This document shows positions 9,323 to 19,058 of a DNA stretch of 32,000 nt, one piece after another. How positions within the stretch are numbered: position 1 is the stretch's first letter; every line of letters starts with the position of its first letter. This stretch comes from Promethearchaeota archaeon. GTDB lineage: Archaea > Asgardarchaeota > Lokiarchaeia > Sigyniarchaeales > Promethearchaeaceae. Below the pieces are notes generated by a model, which was not told the DNA's origin, made no database searches, and was given only the letters and a program-made list of their open reading frames with translations. The stretch spans positions 90,001 through 122,000 of the forward strand of contig JAFGBS010000004.1 in assembly GCA_016933055.1 (NCBI GenBank), in the 5' to 3' direction. A program made the translations under genes and the position numbers.

Positions 9323-10240
9323 TTGAAATATTTTTGCCCCGTGTGTGGTGCGACAATCTCCCCCGACGAACTAGATTTTTATAAAACCCATTTTGTATGC
9401 AAAAGGTGTCATCTAGTCAAATCCAATGAACTTTCTCCAAAAAAACAATATACACTCTATTTATGCTCAATGTGTTTAGCCTACATATTTGATAAGATGC
9501 CAAAAAATGCCCAATGGAAATTTATTGAGACTCAAGATCTAAATGAAGCAATATCTCAAATTTTAAAACGGGAATTAACGGATATATGGCAAGAAGAGTA
9601 TGATACTAAATATGATATCACTTTTCCCATAATAAATGAAATTCCATCTAAAATTACTGTTCATGTGACAAATCCCCATAAGAATGCTGAAACAAATGAA
9701 ATTACTCTATTAATCAAAAGTTCTGTATGTAAAAATTGTAATAAAATGCTGAGCCGAAGATTTGATGCGGTTATTCAACTCCGAACTATTAAACTTAAAT
9801 CAGAGAAGCCAGAAACGATATTAGAGCCTTTACTTACCGAGATTATTGATTTTACGGAAGCAATACAATCCAAGAATCCCGATCAGTTTATTTCCGACAT
9901 CGATACATTTTCTCATGGGTTCGATCTGAAATTGAGTAACAAAGCGATGATGAATGCTATTACATCGTATCTACTCCATAAGTACCCCTTCATTGTAAAA
10001 ACATCAAAAAAATTGATGGGAAAAAATCCAACTACAGGTGGGAATCTGTATCGTTCATATGTGTTATTGCGTTATCTTCCATTCAGAACTAATACTCAAA
10101 TCCGGATTAAGAATAACTATTATAGCATCCAAAAAATCCATTCTAATCAAATTACCCTAGAAAATATAATCGATCACAAACAACAAACTCGCAAATTCGA
10201 TTATTTTGAAAAAAAATTAATTGAGCGAACCGAGGTCTAA
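9323..10240 (+). CDS. nmd3: NMD3-family ribosome maturation factor
   Basis: CPVCG/CKRC/CSMC/CKNC zinc motifs, FDAVIQLR, GFDLKL, SKKLMG...RSYVLLR. Confidence 0.9.
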   Translation: MKYFCPVCGATISPDELDFYKTHFVCKRCHLVKSNELSPKKQYTLYLCSMCLAYIFDKMPKNAQWKFIETQDLNEAISQILKRELTDIWQEEYDTKYDITFPIINEIPSKITVHVTNPHKNAETNEITLLIKSSVCKNCNKMLSRRFDAVIQLRTIKLKSEKPETILEPLLTEIIDFTEAIQSKNPDQFISDIDTFSHGFDLKLSNKAMMNAITSYLLHKYPFIVKTSKKLMGKNPTTGGNLYRSYVLLRYLPFRTNTQIRIKNNYYSIQKIHSNQITLENIIDHKQQTRKFDYFEKKLIERTEV

Positions 10241-10247
10241 CAGCGAT

Positions 10248-11051
10248 ATGACAAGGAATCAAGAAAGAAAAATTAATGAATTGGACGAAATGGTCGATAA
10301 GCAGCGAATTAAAGAAAAAAATAGTGAAGACAAGGATGCCTATCAACGGGTTTTTGACGCACGTACAATTTCTACCTTAAGGAAATTACTTAATACTGGG
10401 GTCATATCCAAATTAGTGGGGATTATATCACAAGGAAAAGAAGCTAATGTATATTTCGCCTATGGTGCTCAACAAGAGTCGTTGGCAATAAAAATCTATA
10501 AAATCGACATCCAAAGCGCCAGATGGATGAAAAATTACATAAAAGGGGATCCAAGGTTCAAAAAAATCGGATCAAATCCGGATCAAATCATATTTATGTG
10601 GTGCCAAAAGGAATTTCGGAACCTAAAACAGATCGATAATGCAGATTTACCGTGTCCGATACCACTTCATTTTAAAAATAATGTGTTGGTAATGACTTTC
10701 ATCGGTAACGCAGATGGGACCCCCGCTAGAAAACTGAAAGAATGTGTATCTTTATTTCAGAACCCTGCAAAAGAATTAGAGACTTCTCTAGATTATATTG
10801 ATAGATTGTATAGAACCGCACATCTAGTCCATGCTGATTTAAGTGAGTTTAATATTTTATATCATGAGTCAAAACAAATTCTTATAGATGTATCTCAAGC
10901 TGTTTCAATAGCACACCCTAAAGCAAAACAATATTTAGCTCGAGATATTAGGAATATTATCAATTTTTACTCACGTATGGATGTTCCCATTCCTGATCCA
11001 ATGGAAATATATACAAATATCATAGAAAAAGGCCATAAAAGTGATGAATAA
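10248..11051 (+). CDS. rio1: RIO1-family serine kinase (ATG 10248; track start TTG 10221)
   Basis: ISQGKEANVY, AIKIYK, YIKGDPRF, KEFRNL, LVHADLSEFNIL, IDVSQAV. Confidence 0.95.
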   Translation: MTRNQERKINELDEMVDKQRIKEKNSEDKDAYQRVFDARTISTLRKLLNTGVISKLVGIISQGKEANVYFAYGAQQESLAIKIYKIDIQSARWMKNYIKGDPRFKKIGSNPDQIIFMWCQKEFRNLKQIDNADLPCPIPLHFKNNVLVMTFIGNADGTPARKLKECVSLFQNPAKELETSLDYIDRLYRTAHLVHADLSEFNILYHESKQILIDVSQAVSIAHPKAKQYLARDIRNIINFYSRMDVPIPDPMEIYTNIIEKGHKSDE

Positions 11052-11670
11052 AGATCGTGTTGCTGTATTGATCGGAAAAAATGGTATTACCAAGAAAAAA
11101 ATTCAATTTTTGACTAATACACAGATTGAAGTCGATAGTACAACGGGAGAATATTCCATCATCCCTGTAGAAGATCAAGAGGACGACACTCCCGAAATGC
11201 AAAATATATTAGATCAACTTGATATAACTCCTGAATCATTGAATATCTATAAAGAATCCCCTAATTTTGGAATGTGGACTGCGAAAAAAATCATCGAAGC
11301 TATTAATATGGGATTCAAACCTGAAAAAGCATTTAAACTGATTAATCAAGACTGTATTTTCGAAATCATTTCTCTTGAGGATATTTTAGGAAATTCTCAG
11401 AAAACAATTAAACGCATCAAGGGAAGACTCATTGGGGAAAAAGGAATCATGCGGAAATCGATCGAAAAATATACAAACGCTCATATCTCAGTATATCAAA
11501 ACCAAATTGGTTTTATTGCTGATTTTGATTCTTTGAAAATCGCCCAAAAAGCAGTGGATATGATCATAGAAGGACTTCCGCATAAAACAGTCTTAGCATT
11601 TTTACAAAAACGATATCGAGAGAAAAAAGAAAAAGAGTTCCATGAAACCTGGAAACCCACGTTTGATTAA
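11041..11670 (+). CDS. dim2: KH-domain pre-rRNA processing protein Dim2/Pno1
   Basis: Two KH GxxG loops (LIGKNG, RLIGEKG); directly follows rio1 as in the conserved archaeal cluster. Confidence 0.9.
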   Translation: MMNKDRVAVLIGKNGITKKKIQFLTNTQIEVDSTTGEYSIIPVEDQEDDTPEMQNILDQLDITPESLNIYKESPNFGMWTAKKIIEAINMGFKPEKAFKLINQDCIFEIISLEDILGNSQKTIKRIKGRLIGEKGIMRKSIEKYTNAHISVYQNQIGFIADFDSLKIAQKAVDMIIEGLPHKTVLAFLQKRYREKKEKEFHETWKPTFD

Positions 11671-12821
11671 ACGAAACTTTCTTCAGTATTTTTCTTTTTT
11701 CTTGATTGACTTTCCATTTCTGGTAAAGAAAACAACTCGTCTGAAAGTTTTGGTTTAGGTTGTGGTAAATTCCTGATAATCGGAGATGAAGGATACCGTG
11801 TGTGATTTATTGATGACCCTAAAACTTGAGGTGATTTTATTCCCGTAATTAATAGCATAACACGGATGTAATTATGGATTTTCGAATCTACTCGTGCCCC
11901 CCATATCACCATTGCATTTTTATCCATTTTGGTGGAAATATATTCTGATACCTTGTTTGCCTCCGTTAAAGTCATATCATTTCCTCCAGTAACATGGATT
12001 AATGCACCTTTCGCTCCACTTATGTCGATTTCTAACAATGGGGAACTAAGGGCATCTTGAATCGCTTCTTCTACCCTATTTCCTTTTTCAGTATGGGATT
12101 CTCCAATTCCGATAAATGCAACTCCTCCTGTAGACAGAATCGTTCGGACATCTGCATAATCAAGATTAATCAGAGAAGGTAAACTAACTGTTTCCGTGAT
12201 TCCCTTCACCATAGTGGCTAAAACCTCATCCGCTAATGAAAAAGCTTCAATTATAGGTAAATCCGGCGCAATTTCTAGTAATTTATTGTTATCTAATACT
12301 ACTACCGTGTCTGTAAATCTCCGTAAATTCTTTAGTCCTTCTTGTGCTTTGGGTAATCGACCCATCTCTGTTTTAAAAGGTAATGTAACGACTCCTACCA
12401 CCATTGCACCGTTCAATTTAGCGATTTCAGCAACTATAGGAGAGCTACCTGTACCAGTTCCACCTCCAAGTCCGCATGTGATAAACACCAAATCTGCATC
12501 ATTTAGAATCGTATCCAATTCATTTCGTGATTCTTCTGCCGCCGCACGTCCTATTTCAGGTTGACCTCCTGCGCCTAATCCCCTTGTAAGGGTTTTTCCA
12601 ATTAAAATGCGTTTATCACTGAGTTTAGAATCTAAATGTTGCTGATCTGTGTTAATAGAGATACATATAGCTCCTAAAATTCCTATTCGCATCAGTCTAT
12701 CTACAGTATTATTTCCGGCACCTCCCGCACCTACTATTACAATCTTAGCCTGTCCTATTGTTCCCCTATTTTCAGGGGGTTTTTGGACATGCTTACGTGC
12801 ATTACGTATCAGCGATTCCAT
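11667..12821 (-). CDS. ftsZ: Cell division protein FtsZ
   Basis: GAGGAGNN, GLGAG, tubulin signature GGGTGTG, T7 loop NLDYAD, WGA motif. Confidence 0.97.
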   Translation of the reverse strand: MESLIRNARKHVQKPPENRGTIGQAKIVIVGAGGAGNNTVDRLMRIGILGAICISINTDQQHLDSKLSDKRILIGKTLTRGLGAGGQPEIGRAAAEESRNELDTILNDADLVFITCGLGGGTGTGSSPIVAEIAKLNGAMVVGVVTLPFKTEMGRLPKAQEGLKNLRRFTDTVVVLDNNKLLEIAPDLPIIEAFSLADEVLATMVKGITETVSLPSLINLDYADVRTILSTGGVAFIGIGESHTEKGNRVEEAIQDALSSPLLEIDISGAKGALIHVTGGNDMTLTEANKVSEYISTKMDKNAMVIWGARVDSKIHNYIRVMLLITGIKSPQVLGSSINHTRYPSSPIIRNLPQPKPKLSDELFSLPEMESQSRKKKNTEESFV

Positions 12822-13029
12822 AATTCATCAACTCACGGTTTAGGAGACTTTGTTTGGGAGAATTAATATATAATTATAATATCTGAATGATACTGAACCA
12901 TGCCTAAGAGGAAAATTTTAAACTAAATCCTAAATACAATTACCAATCTCAAATAAGATTCATTTAACAAAACAATTCTTGCAAATTCAATAGAATTAAA
13001 ATATTTGAGTCGGATTTATAATCCAAAAT

Positions 13030-13113
13030 GCAGAGATTGCCGAGTATGGTCAAAGGCGCTGGACTTAGAATCCAGTCTTTAGTAGTTCGGGGGTTCAAAT
13101 CCCTCTCTCTGCA
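13030..13113 (+). tRNA. tRNA-Leu(TAG), long variable arm, no encoded CCA
   Basis: Acceptor GCAGAGA/TCTCTGC+A, anticodon arm CTGGA-CTTAGAA-TCCAG, GGTTCAAATCC T arm. Confidence 0.97.
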
Positions 13114-13567
13114 CTTTTGTTCTACTTAACACTTCATAGTTTAAATCGTAAAAAGTAGGACCCCAAGTAAATTTCGACAAGAGAAATTCAGCTTGATTTT
13201 CATGGCCAATTATAAAAAGGGCTGCAGCTAAAGCTTCTACTGATGACAATTTTTCCCATCTTCCATAATTAACGCTATTAGCAGCAAGCAATTTAGGTAA
13301 TTTTCTACCAGTGTGGAAATCTTTAAACACCTTTTCAACTAGTTTCCAGGAACAATCAATAGCTACTAGCCCATAAGTTTCAATTTGTGATTTATCTTCT
13401 ATACTTAGGATTTTTGGGGAAAACGGATCTAAAATTATCGCCTTTTTTGGTAAAAATTTGAGTTTAGGTACCAGCTTAACTAAATTGAACTTTCTTAGTT
13501 TTAAACTGGTACACTTTTTGGGATCACACTGCCCATAGTGAACTACAAATAATTTTGGATCTATCAT
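13079..13567 (-). CDS. tsr3: 16S rRNA aminocarboxypropyltransferase Tsr3 (likely start ATG 13567)
   Basis: QCDPKKCTSLKL, LDPFS, DCSW, RKLPKLLAANSVNYG, LSSVEALAAAL, FTWGPTF. Confidence 0.95.
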   Translation of the reverse strand: MIDPKLFVVHYGQCDPKKCTSLKLRKFNLVKLVPKLKFLPKKAIILDPFSPKILSIEDKSQIETYGLVAIDCSWKLVEKVFKDFHTGRKLPKLLAANSVNYGRWEKLSSVEALAAALFIIGHENQAEFLLSKFTWGPTFYDLNYEVLSRTKVQREGFEPPNY

Positions 13568-14562
13568 GAAAATTTCGCTGTACATAAGGAATTTATACTC
13601 TTAATAAATAATTCCGTTGTTTGTTCTGATCCAACTACTTTTTGTATGGAATGAACAATGTTTCGGATCTCTCCTAAAACGGGAATCGCACCATATGTTA
13701 AAGGAAATAAAGCGATAAACGTGATATCTTGGACGGCTGTGGCACCAGTACTTGTATCGGTGAATTGGAATTTACTCGAAGGACAAGCAATTATGCCATA
13801 ATAACTATCCCTATTTTTCGCCGAAAGACAAACATAAGACAACAAAGATCCCATTTTTAGTGAACCAGCTTCTTCCACCATTTTCTGGAAAGCCACATTG
13901 GTATTTGCACTAAAGGCTTCTACAGAAATTGGTAAATTTACAAGATTTTTATTTCTATGGTCAAATGTTAATCCGCTGGGAGCTACCAGACTATAGACTG
14001 CTAATACGGGATTTTTGACACTATCAAGAATATCATTAATCAAAATGATTTTATTTCTATCCTGTGGTTGACTGTTACCATAAGTTGTAAGCGATACTTC
14101 ACTACCCATTCCAAATAAATAGATCGCACTACGTACACTATTGCTAAATATCTCCATGTTTTGAGTCACATTTCTTGTACCGAAATAATTATCGATCTCT
14201 CGTCGTAAATGATAAATACAGGACCCAATGGTATCCGCATTCAATGGCCATTCTTTATTGTAATCATGCACAATTGTTAGCAGAGTCTGGCTTATTCGAA
14301 TGGTTATTAAACAAATTTTTTCAAAAAAGGAAAATGTAATGATCTGATTTTCCATTTGTAAATCACTCCAATTTTCATCACTCGATGAAAACGCAGCTGC
14401 AGATACGGATGTGATTGTGTTCGGATCAAGTTCCAAATCAGTATTTCTCCCAATACGTGCAATAGATAAACCACTTTCATCCGATAGAAGGACCATTAAC
14501 GTTGCATCCGAAGATCTCAAAATACTCGATAAATGTTTTACTAGCGATTCCCGTACACTCAT
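13564..14562 (-). CDS. Roadblock/LC7-like protein, probably two domains
   Basis: VLLSDESGLSIA...ITSVSAAAFSSS and YSLVAPSGLTFD...VEAFSANTNVAF patterns; GAGGTG SD; ATGA overlap with tsr3. Confidence 0.65.
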   Translation of the reverse strand: MSVRESLVKHLSSILRSSDATLMVLLSDESGLSIARIGRNTDLELDPNTITSVSAAAFSSSDENWSDLQMENQIITFSFFEKICLITIRISQTLLTIVHDYNKEWPLNADTIGSCIYHLRREIDNYFGTRNVTQNMEIFSNSVRSAIYLFGMGSEVSLTTYGNSQPQDRNKIILINDILDSVKNPVLAVYSLVAPSGLTFDHRNKNLVNLPISVEAFSANTNVAFQKMVEEAGSLKMGSLLSYVCLSAKNRDSYYGIIACPSSKFQFTDTSTGATAVQDITFIALFPLTYGAIPVLGEIRNIVHSIQKVVGSEQTTELFIKSINSLCTAKFS

Positions 14563-14647
14563 AAGACCACCTCAATCAATAATATAAGAAAGAGAAATTC
14601 AAACATTAAAGTTTATTTGTATCCAGTTAAAAAGAAAGAAGAGGAAC

Positions 14648-16273
14648 TTAATCCTCTAAATCATCTTGCGGCGATTGGGGCATCTTTGGCCCCCCCCCCT
14701 CTTTAGAGGCAGAAATTACCTCATCAATTCGCAAGATCATCATACTCATTTCTGTAGCGGATTTTATGGCTTGTTGCAACACTCTTGTTGGTTCACATAC
14801 TCCATTCGCAAAAGCATCATAAATCTCTTTAGTGTCTAAATTTATCCCATAAAATTGTCCCGAAGACTGTTCATGTTTGGAGTGAAGTTTTGCTAGAATC
14901 TCCATTGGTTCCATACCCGCATTTTCTGCCAGAATGAGTGGAATAGATTCAATACTCTTTGAAAATGCTTCAACTGCTATAGATTCTCGAGTATTAATGG
15001 ATTTGGCTAACTTCATCAATCGTTTAGAAACTTCCATTTCCACTGCCCCTGCCCCTGGAACTACATAATTATCTTCTAATGCAATTTTTATTACACTTAA
15101 AGCATTTTTAAGAGCTCGTTCTGCGTCTTCTGCTATATGACGTGTTCCTCCTCTAATTAAAATACTGGTAGATTTCGGATTATCGCAGTTTTCAACAAAA
15201 ATCATTTTATCTTTTCCAATTTGCTTTTCTTCTACACTCCCCGCCTGACCCAAATCGGATGAAGTCATCGTTTTGATGTCCGTAATTATTTTACCATCAG
15301 TTGCTTTCATCAACTTCTGTAAATCAGATCTCTTAATTCTTCGTATAGCCATTATCCCGTTATTACTTAGATAGTATTGAGCAATATCATCTATTCCTTT
15401 CTGACAAAACACAACGTTTGCTCCAGAATCTATGATAAATTGAATCAGATTATGAAGGATGTCATCTTCTTGTTGTTTGAATGCTTTAATTTGACTGGGA
15501 TCGACAATCCGAACATCTGCATCGAATTCTGTTTTTGTAATTTCCAAAGAGTGGTCAATCAGTGCAATTTTTGCATCCTTGACGGACTTAGGCATGGACT
15601 CGTTAACAACTTCTTTATCTACAATCAATCCGTCAATAAAAGAAGAATTTGCTAAGCTCTCTCCTTCTTTTTTCATTATTTGAATTAGATCTAGATCCAC
15701 TAAATTTTTTTCTCCTCTTTTCTCTACCACTCGCAAGCAAGCTTTGGTTGCAATATCCGCCATCTTTTCTGCATTCCCAAAAGTGGATTTAGTAGATAAT
15801 GCAGTTTTTGCCACTTTCTTTAACTCTTTTTCATCCATGGAAATTTGATGAGAAATTTCACTAAGAATTTGAGAACAATGAAGAGATGCTTTATGATATC
15901 CGCTTAATATTACATTAGGATGCACTTTTTGGTCTAATAATTCTTTACCATACTTTAGTAGTTCACCAAGCATTATTATTGCTTTTGTAACCCCATCTCC
16001 TATGTTTTTATTCATGAGTTTTGCTAATTGGGTTATTATCTTCGCTGCTGGGTGTTCAACTTCAATCTCATCGAGAATCGAGAAAGAATCATTGGTGACA
16101 GTTACGTCCCCGATGGAATCTACTAACATTTTGGATAACCCTTTGGGACCAAGAGTTGTTTTGATTGCTTCTGAAATCGAACGAATAGCTGAAATGTTTT
16201 CAGATAGTGCGGTTTCTCTTGATTCCACAGAGGTCCCTTCTTTTAAGATAATTGGAATTCCGTAAAATGCCAT
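14648..16273 (-). CDS. Thermosome (group II chaperonin) subunit with degenerate ATPase motifs (start ATG 16273)
   Basis: TTLGPKG, IEVEHPAAK, GDGV, KKEG, VFCQKGIDD, ILIRGG, IPLILAENAG, LRIDEVI; GGTGA SD. Confidence 0.95.
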   Translation of the reverse strand: MAFYGIPIILKEGTSVESRETALSENISAIRSISEAIKTTLGPKGLSKMLVDSIGDVTVTNDSFSILDEIEVEHPAAKIITQLAKLMNKNIGDGVTKAIIMLGELLKYGKELLDQKVHPNVILSGYHKASLHCSQILSEISHQISMDEKELKKVAKTALSTKSTFGNAEKMADIATKACLRVVEKRGEKNLVDLDLIQIMKKEGESLANSSFIDGLIVDKEVVNESMPKSVKDAKIALIDHSLEITKTEFDADVRIVDPSQIKAFKQQEDDILHNLIQFIIDSGANVVFCQKGIDDIAQYYLSNNGIMAIRRIKRSDLQKLMKATDGKIITDIKTMTSSDLGQAGSVEEKQIGKDKMIFVENCDNPKSTSILIRGGTRHIAEDAERALKNALSVIKIALEDNYVVPGAGAVEMEVSKRLMKLAKSINTRESIAVEAFSKSIESIPLILAENAGMEPMEILAKLHSKHEQSSGQFYGINLDTKEIYDAFANGVCEPTRVLQQAIKSATEMSMMILRIDEVISASKEGGGPKMPQSPQDDLED

Positions 16274-16388
16274 TTTTTTCACCTTGTTGGTTATAATTAA
16301 AGGAAACGGAAATGAGATAAAAAATTTTCTTTTTAAACACGTCTAAGTCAAACTAAAGAAAAAGTTCGGTTTATATAGTTTCTGTTTA

Positions 16389-17807
16389 ATGTCAGAGAGT
16401 GCATCTATGATATCATATGATCAATTCTATCTTATGGTAATGATTTGCTTTTTCTTCTTATTAATTGGAATTAACTTAATGGATTTGGTACATTCGATTC
16501 GAAAAATTTTAAATAGAAATCACTTACATCATTGGTGGATTTGGTTTATATTCACCAAATTATTACCCTGTCTGCTGGTCTTCTTACCATTTTTCACGTC
16601 TTGGATCACGATTTCAACTCTAATATTCATCTCCATAACATGCATTTTACCAGTAGGAGTAAAAATACAACTAAACCGTAAGAAAATTCTTCTTCCTAAA
16701 TCTAAGCAAACCAAAAGGGGTAAAAGGATCTATATCGGAACACTGCAATCCCGAATTATCCCCAAACGATTTTACTTGTCAGAAACAGATTTAAAACGAC
16801 ACGTATTTATAACGGGACTTACCGGGATGGGTAAATCTAATTTCGTGAAGCATTTACTTTATCAGTTAACAAAACGATATTCTTCGGTTTCCTTTCTTTT
16901 AATCGAATTTAAAGGGGAATACAAAGAAATACAAAAACGAATACCACATATAACAATTCTACGACCGGGGGAAAACCTGAAAATTAATATATTCAATCCT
17001 ATTGATGAAGACCCAAAAATATATGCTGAGAAGTTAATGAATTTATTTACAGAATGTCAAATAATAACTTTTCAAGAGGAATATTCTGCTCAAATGGAAA
17101 AAATTTTCGTTGAATTGTTGTATGCCGTATGCTCTGACCCAAAAAGGAGGAGTTGGGAGGGATTCGACTATTATATTCAACAGTATATGAAACAACAAAA
17201 TACAAAATATTATAATCTCCATAACACCCTTTCGGGTATTGAGAATCGCATTCGCAGATTAAAGAACGGCCCCCTCAGAATGATATTTGGAAAGGAACAC
17301 GATTTCAATCTTAGCAAAATCATCCAAAATAACGTAATCATTGACTTAAGCAGTATAATTCAAAAAGGTGGAACTAAAAATGACGCAGTTTTTTTTTCAA
17401 ACATTATTTTTAATCACGTGTGGTTGTTTAATCTAAAAAAAGGACCAAGTACTGAGATTAACCATTTTACTCTAATTGAAGATTCTCAAATCTTACTCTC
17501 TCAAAAAATTGCAAAATATCTAACAACTACCACCTATCTAGAAGATTTTGCTTTGCTTTTACGAGGAACAGGAGAGTGTTTAATCACTATCAACACCCGA
17601 CCCACCATAAGTGAGGATGTCATGGCAAACGCCGGAGTTATAGTATCATTCCAATTAAGTTATGATCAAAATATTATGGGAAGACTCCTATCATTAAATG
17701 AAAATAAGTACTTCTATCTGACATTGTTGGATATCGGAGAGTGTTTAATTAAAACCAATTCAATTAAAACTCCATTAATGGTGAAAATTCCTCTGATTAA
17801 GAATTAA
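16389..17807 (+). CDS. Membrane-anchored HerA/FtsK/VirB4-like (DUF87) P-loop ATPase
   Basis: About 3 N-terminal hydrophobic helices; RHVFITGLTGMGKS Walker A; IEFKGEY; INIFNP; FTLIEDSQ Walker B-like; LRGTG; GECLIK. Confidence 0.75.
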   Translation: MSESASMISYDQFYLMVMICFFFLLIGINLMDLVHSIRKILNRNHLHHWWIWFIFTKLLPCLLVFLPFFTSWITISTLIFISITCILPVGVKIQLNRKKILLPKSKQTKRGKRIYIGTLQSRIIPKRFYLSETDLKRHVFITGLTGMGKSNFVKHLLYQLTKRYSSVSFLLIEFKGEYKEIQKRIPHITILRPGENLKINIFNPIDEDPKIYAEKLMNLFTECQIITFQEEYSAQMEKIFVELLYAVCSDPKRRSWEGFDYYIQQYMKQQNTKYYNLHNTLSGIENRIRRLKNGPLRMIFGKEHDFNLSKIIQNNVIIDLSSIIQKGGTKNDAVFFSNIIFNHVWLFNLKKGPSTEINHFTLIEDSQILLSQKIAKYLTTTTYLEDFALLLRGTGECLITINTRPTISEDVMANAGVIVSFQLSYDQNIMGRLLSLNENKYFYLTLLDIGECLIKTNSIKTPLMVKIPLIKN

Positions 17808-17846
17808 CAAAGAATAGCTTTTTATGGGAGTATCAAAGTTTTTATT

Positions 17847-19058
17847 GTGATGTTAGTAGGTATAATCGGTAAACCTTCCTCAGGAAAAAGCACATTTTTA
17901 AATGCTGCTTGTTTAACGGACGCTAAGGTGGGTGATTATCCTTTTACTACGATCGATCCCAACATCGGTACAGGTTATGTAGTTACACGATGTGTCTGCG
18001 AAGAATTAAACGTGATAGATAATCCAATAAATTCGCTCTGTATCGATCATAATCGCTATATCCCGATTAAATTATTGGATGTTGCGGGATTAGTTCCAGA
18101 TGCGCATCTTGGTAAAGGATTAGGAAATAAATTTTTAAGCGAACTTAGTAGAGCTGACGTTTTATTACACATTTTAGATATTTCAGGTGAATTAGACTTA
18201 GAGGGTAATAAATGTGAAAACGGTTCACATGACCCTTATGAGGATATTGAATTTTTAGAACGAGAGATAAATTTATGGTTTAAAGATATATTACTAAGAA
18301 CCGATTGGCGGAAGTTTGCTAATAAAGTAGCAATGGAAAAAACCAATCTAGCGGAGGCACTATATGAACGATTATCTGGTTTGTCCATTCAAAAAAAGCA
18401 CATAATTAAAGCACTCGAACAATCAAAATTAAATATGGAGCACCCCGATAGGTGGACTGAAATCGATATAGAACATTTTTCGAAAATCCTACGGATAATT
18501 TCTAAACCGATTGTAATTATAGCAAATAAAATTGACAAAAAAAATTCTGCTGTTAATTTCCAAAAAATTAAAAACAAAATCACTAGTCCAATTATCCCTT
18601 GTTCGTCCTTGGCGGAATTTTACCTTAGAAAATTATCAGAGAAAAATCTAATATCCTATAGACCAGGAGCATCCTCTTTCAAAATTATTGATGAACAGAA
18701 AATAAGCTCTAATGACCAATCTATCTTGAATGATATCCTCACCAAAATCTTACATCTGTATGGAAGTACTGGTATTCAGGATGCATTAAATACGGCAGTA
18801 TTCGATGTTTTAGATAATATTGTGGTGTATCCCGTCCACGATGAAAAGAAATTCATGGATCATGATGGAAATATATTACCTGATGCGTATTTAGTCCCTA
18901 AAAATATGAATTTGAAAGAATTCATTCAAACGAAGATCCACTCGGATCTTGCGAAGAACTTCATCTATGCTTTAGATGCACGAACCAAATTACGTTTGGG
19001 AGAGAATCATGAACTTAAGAATAACGATATTATCAAGGTAGTTTCTGCAACGCGTTAA
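17847..19058 (+). CDS. ychF: Archaeal YchF/Obg-family translation-associated GTPase with TGS domain
   Basis: GKPSSGKS, YPFTTIDPN, DVAGLVP, GLGNKFL, ANKID, IHSDLAKNF. Confidence 0.92.
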   Translation: MMLVGIIGKPSSGKSTFLNAACLTDAKVGDYPFTTIDPNIGTGYVVTRCVCEELNVIDNPINSLCIDHNRYIPIKLLDVAGLVPDAHLGKGLGNKFLSELSRADVLLHILDISGELDLEGNKCENGSHDPYEDIEFLEREINLWFKDILLRTDWRKFANKVAMEKTNLAEALYERLSGLSIQKKHIIKALEQSKLNMEHPDRWTEIDIEHFSKILRIISKPIVIIANKIDKKNSAVNFQKIKNKITSPIIPCSSLAEFYLRKLSEKNLISYRPGASSFKIIDEQKISSNDQSILNDILTKILHLYGSTGIQDALNTAVFDVLDNIVVYPVHDEKKFMDHDGNILPDAYLVPKNMNLKEFIQTKIHSDLAKNFIYALDARTKLRLGENHELKNNDIIKVVSATR

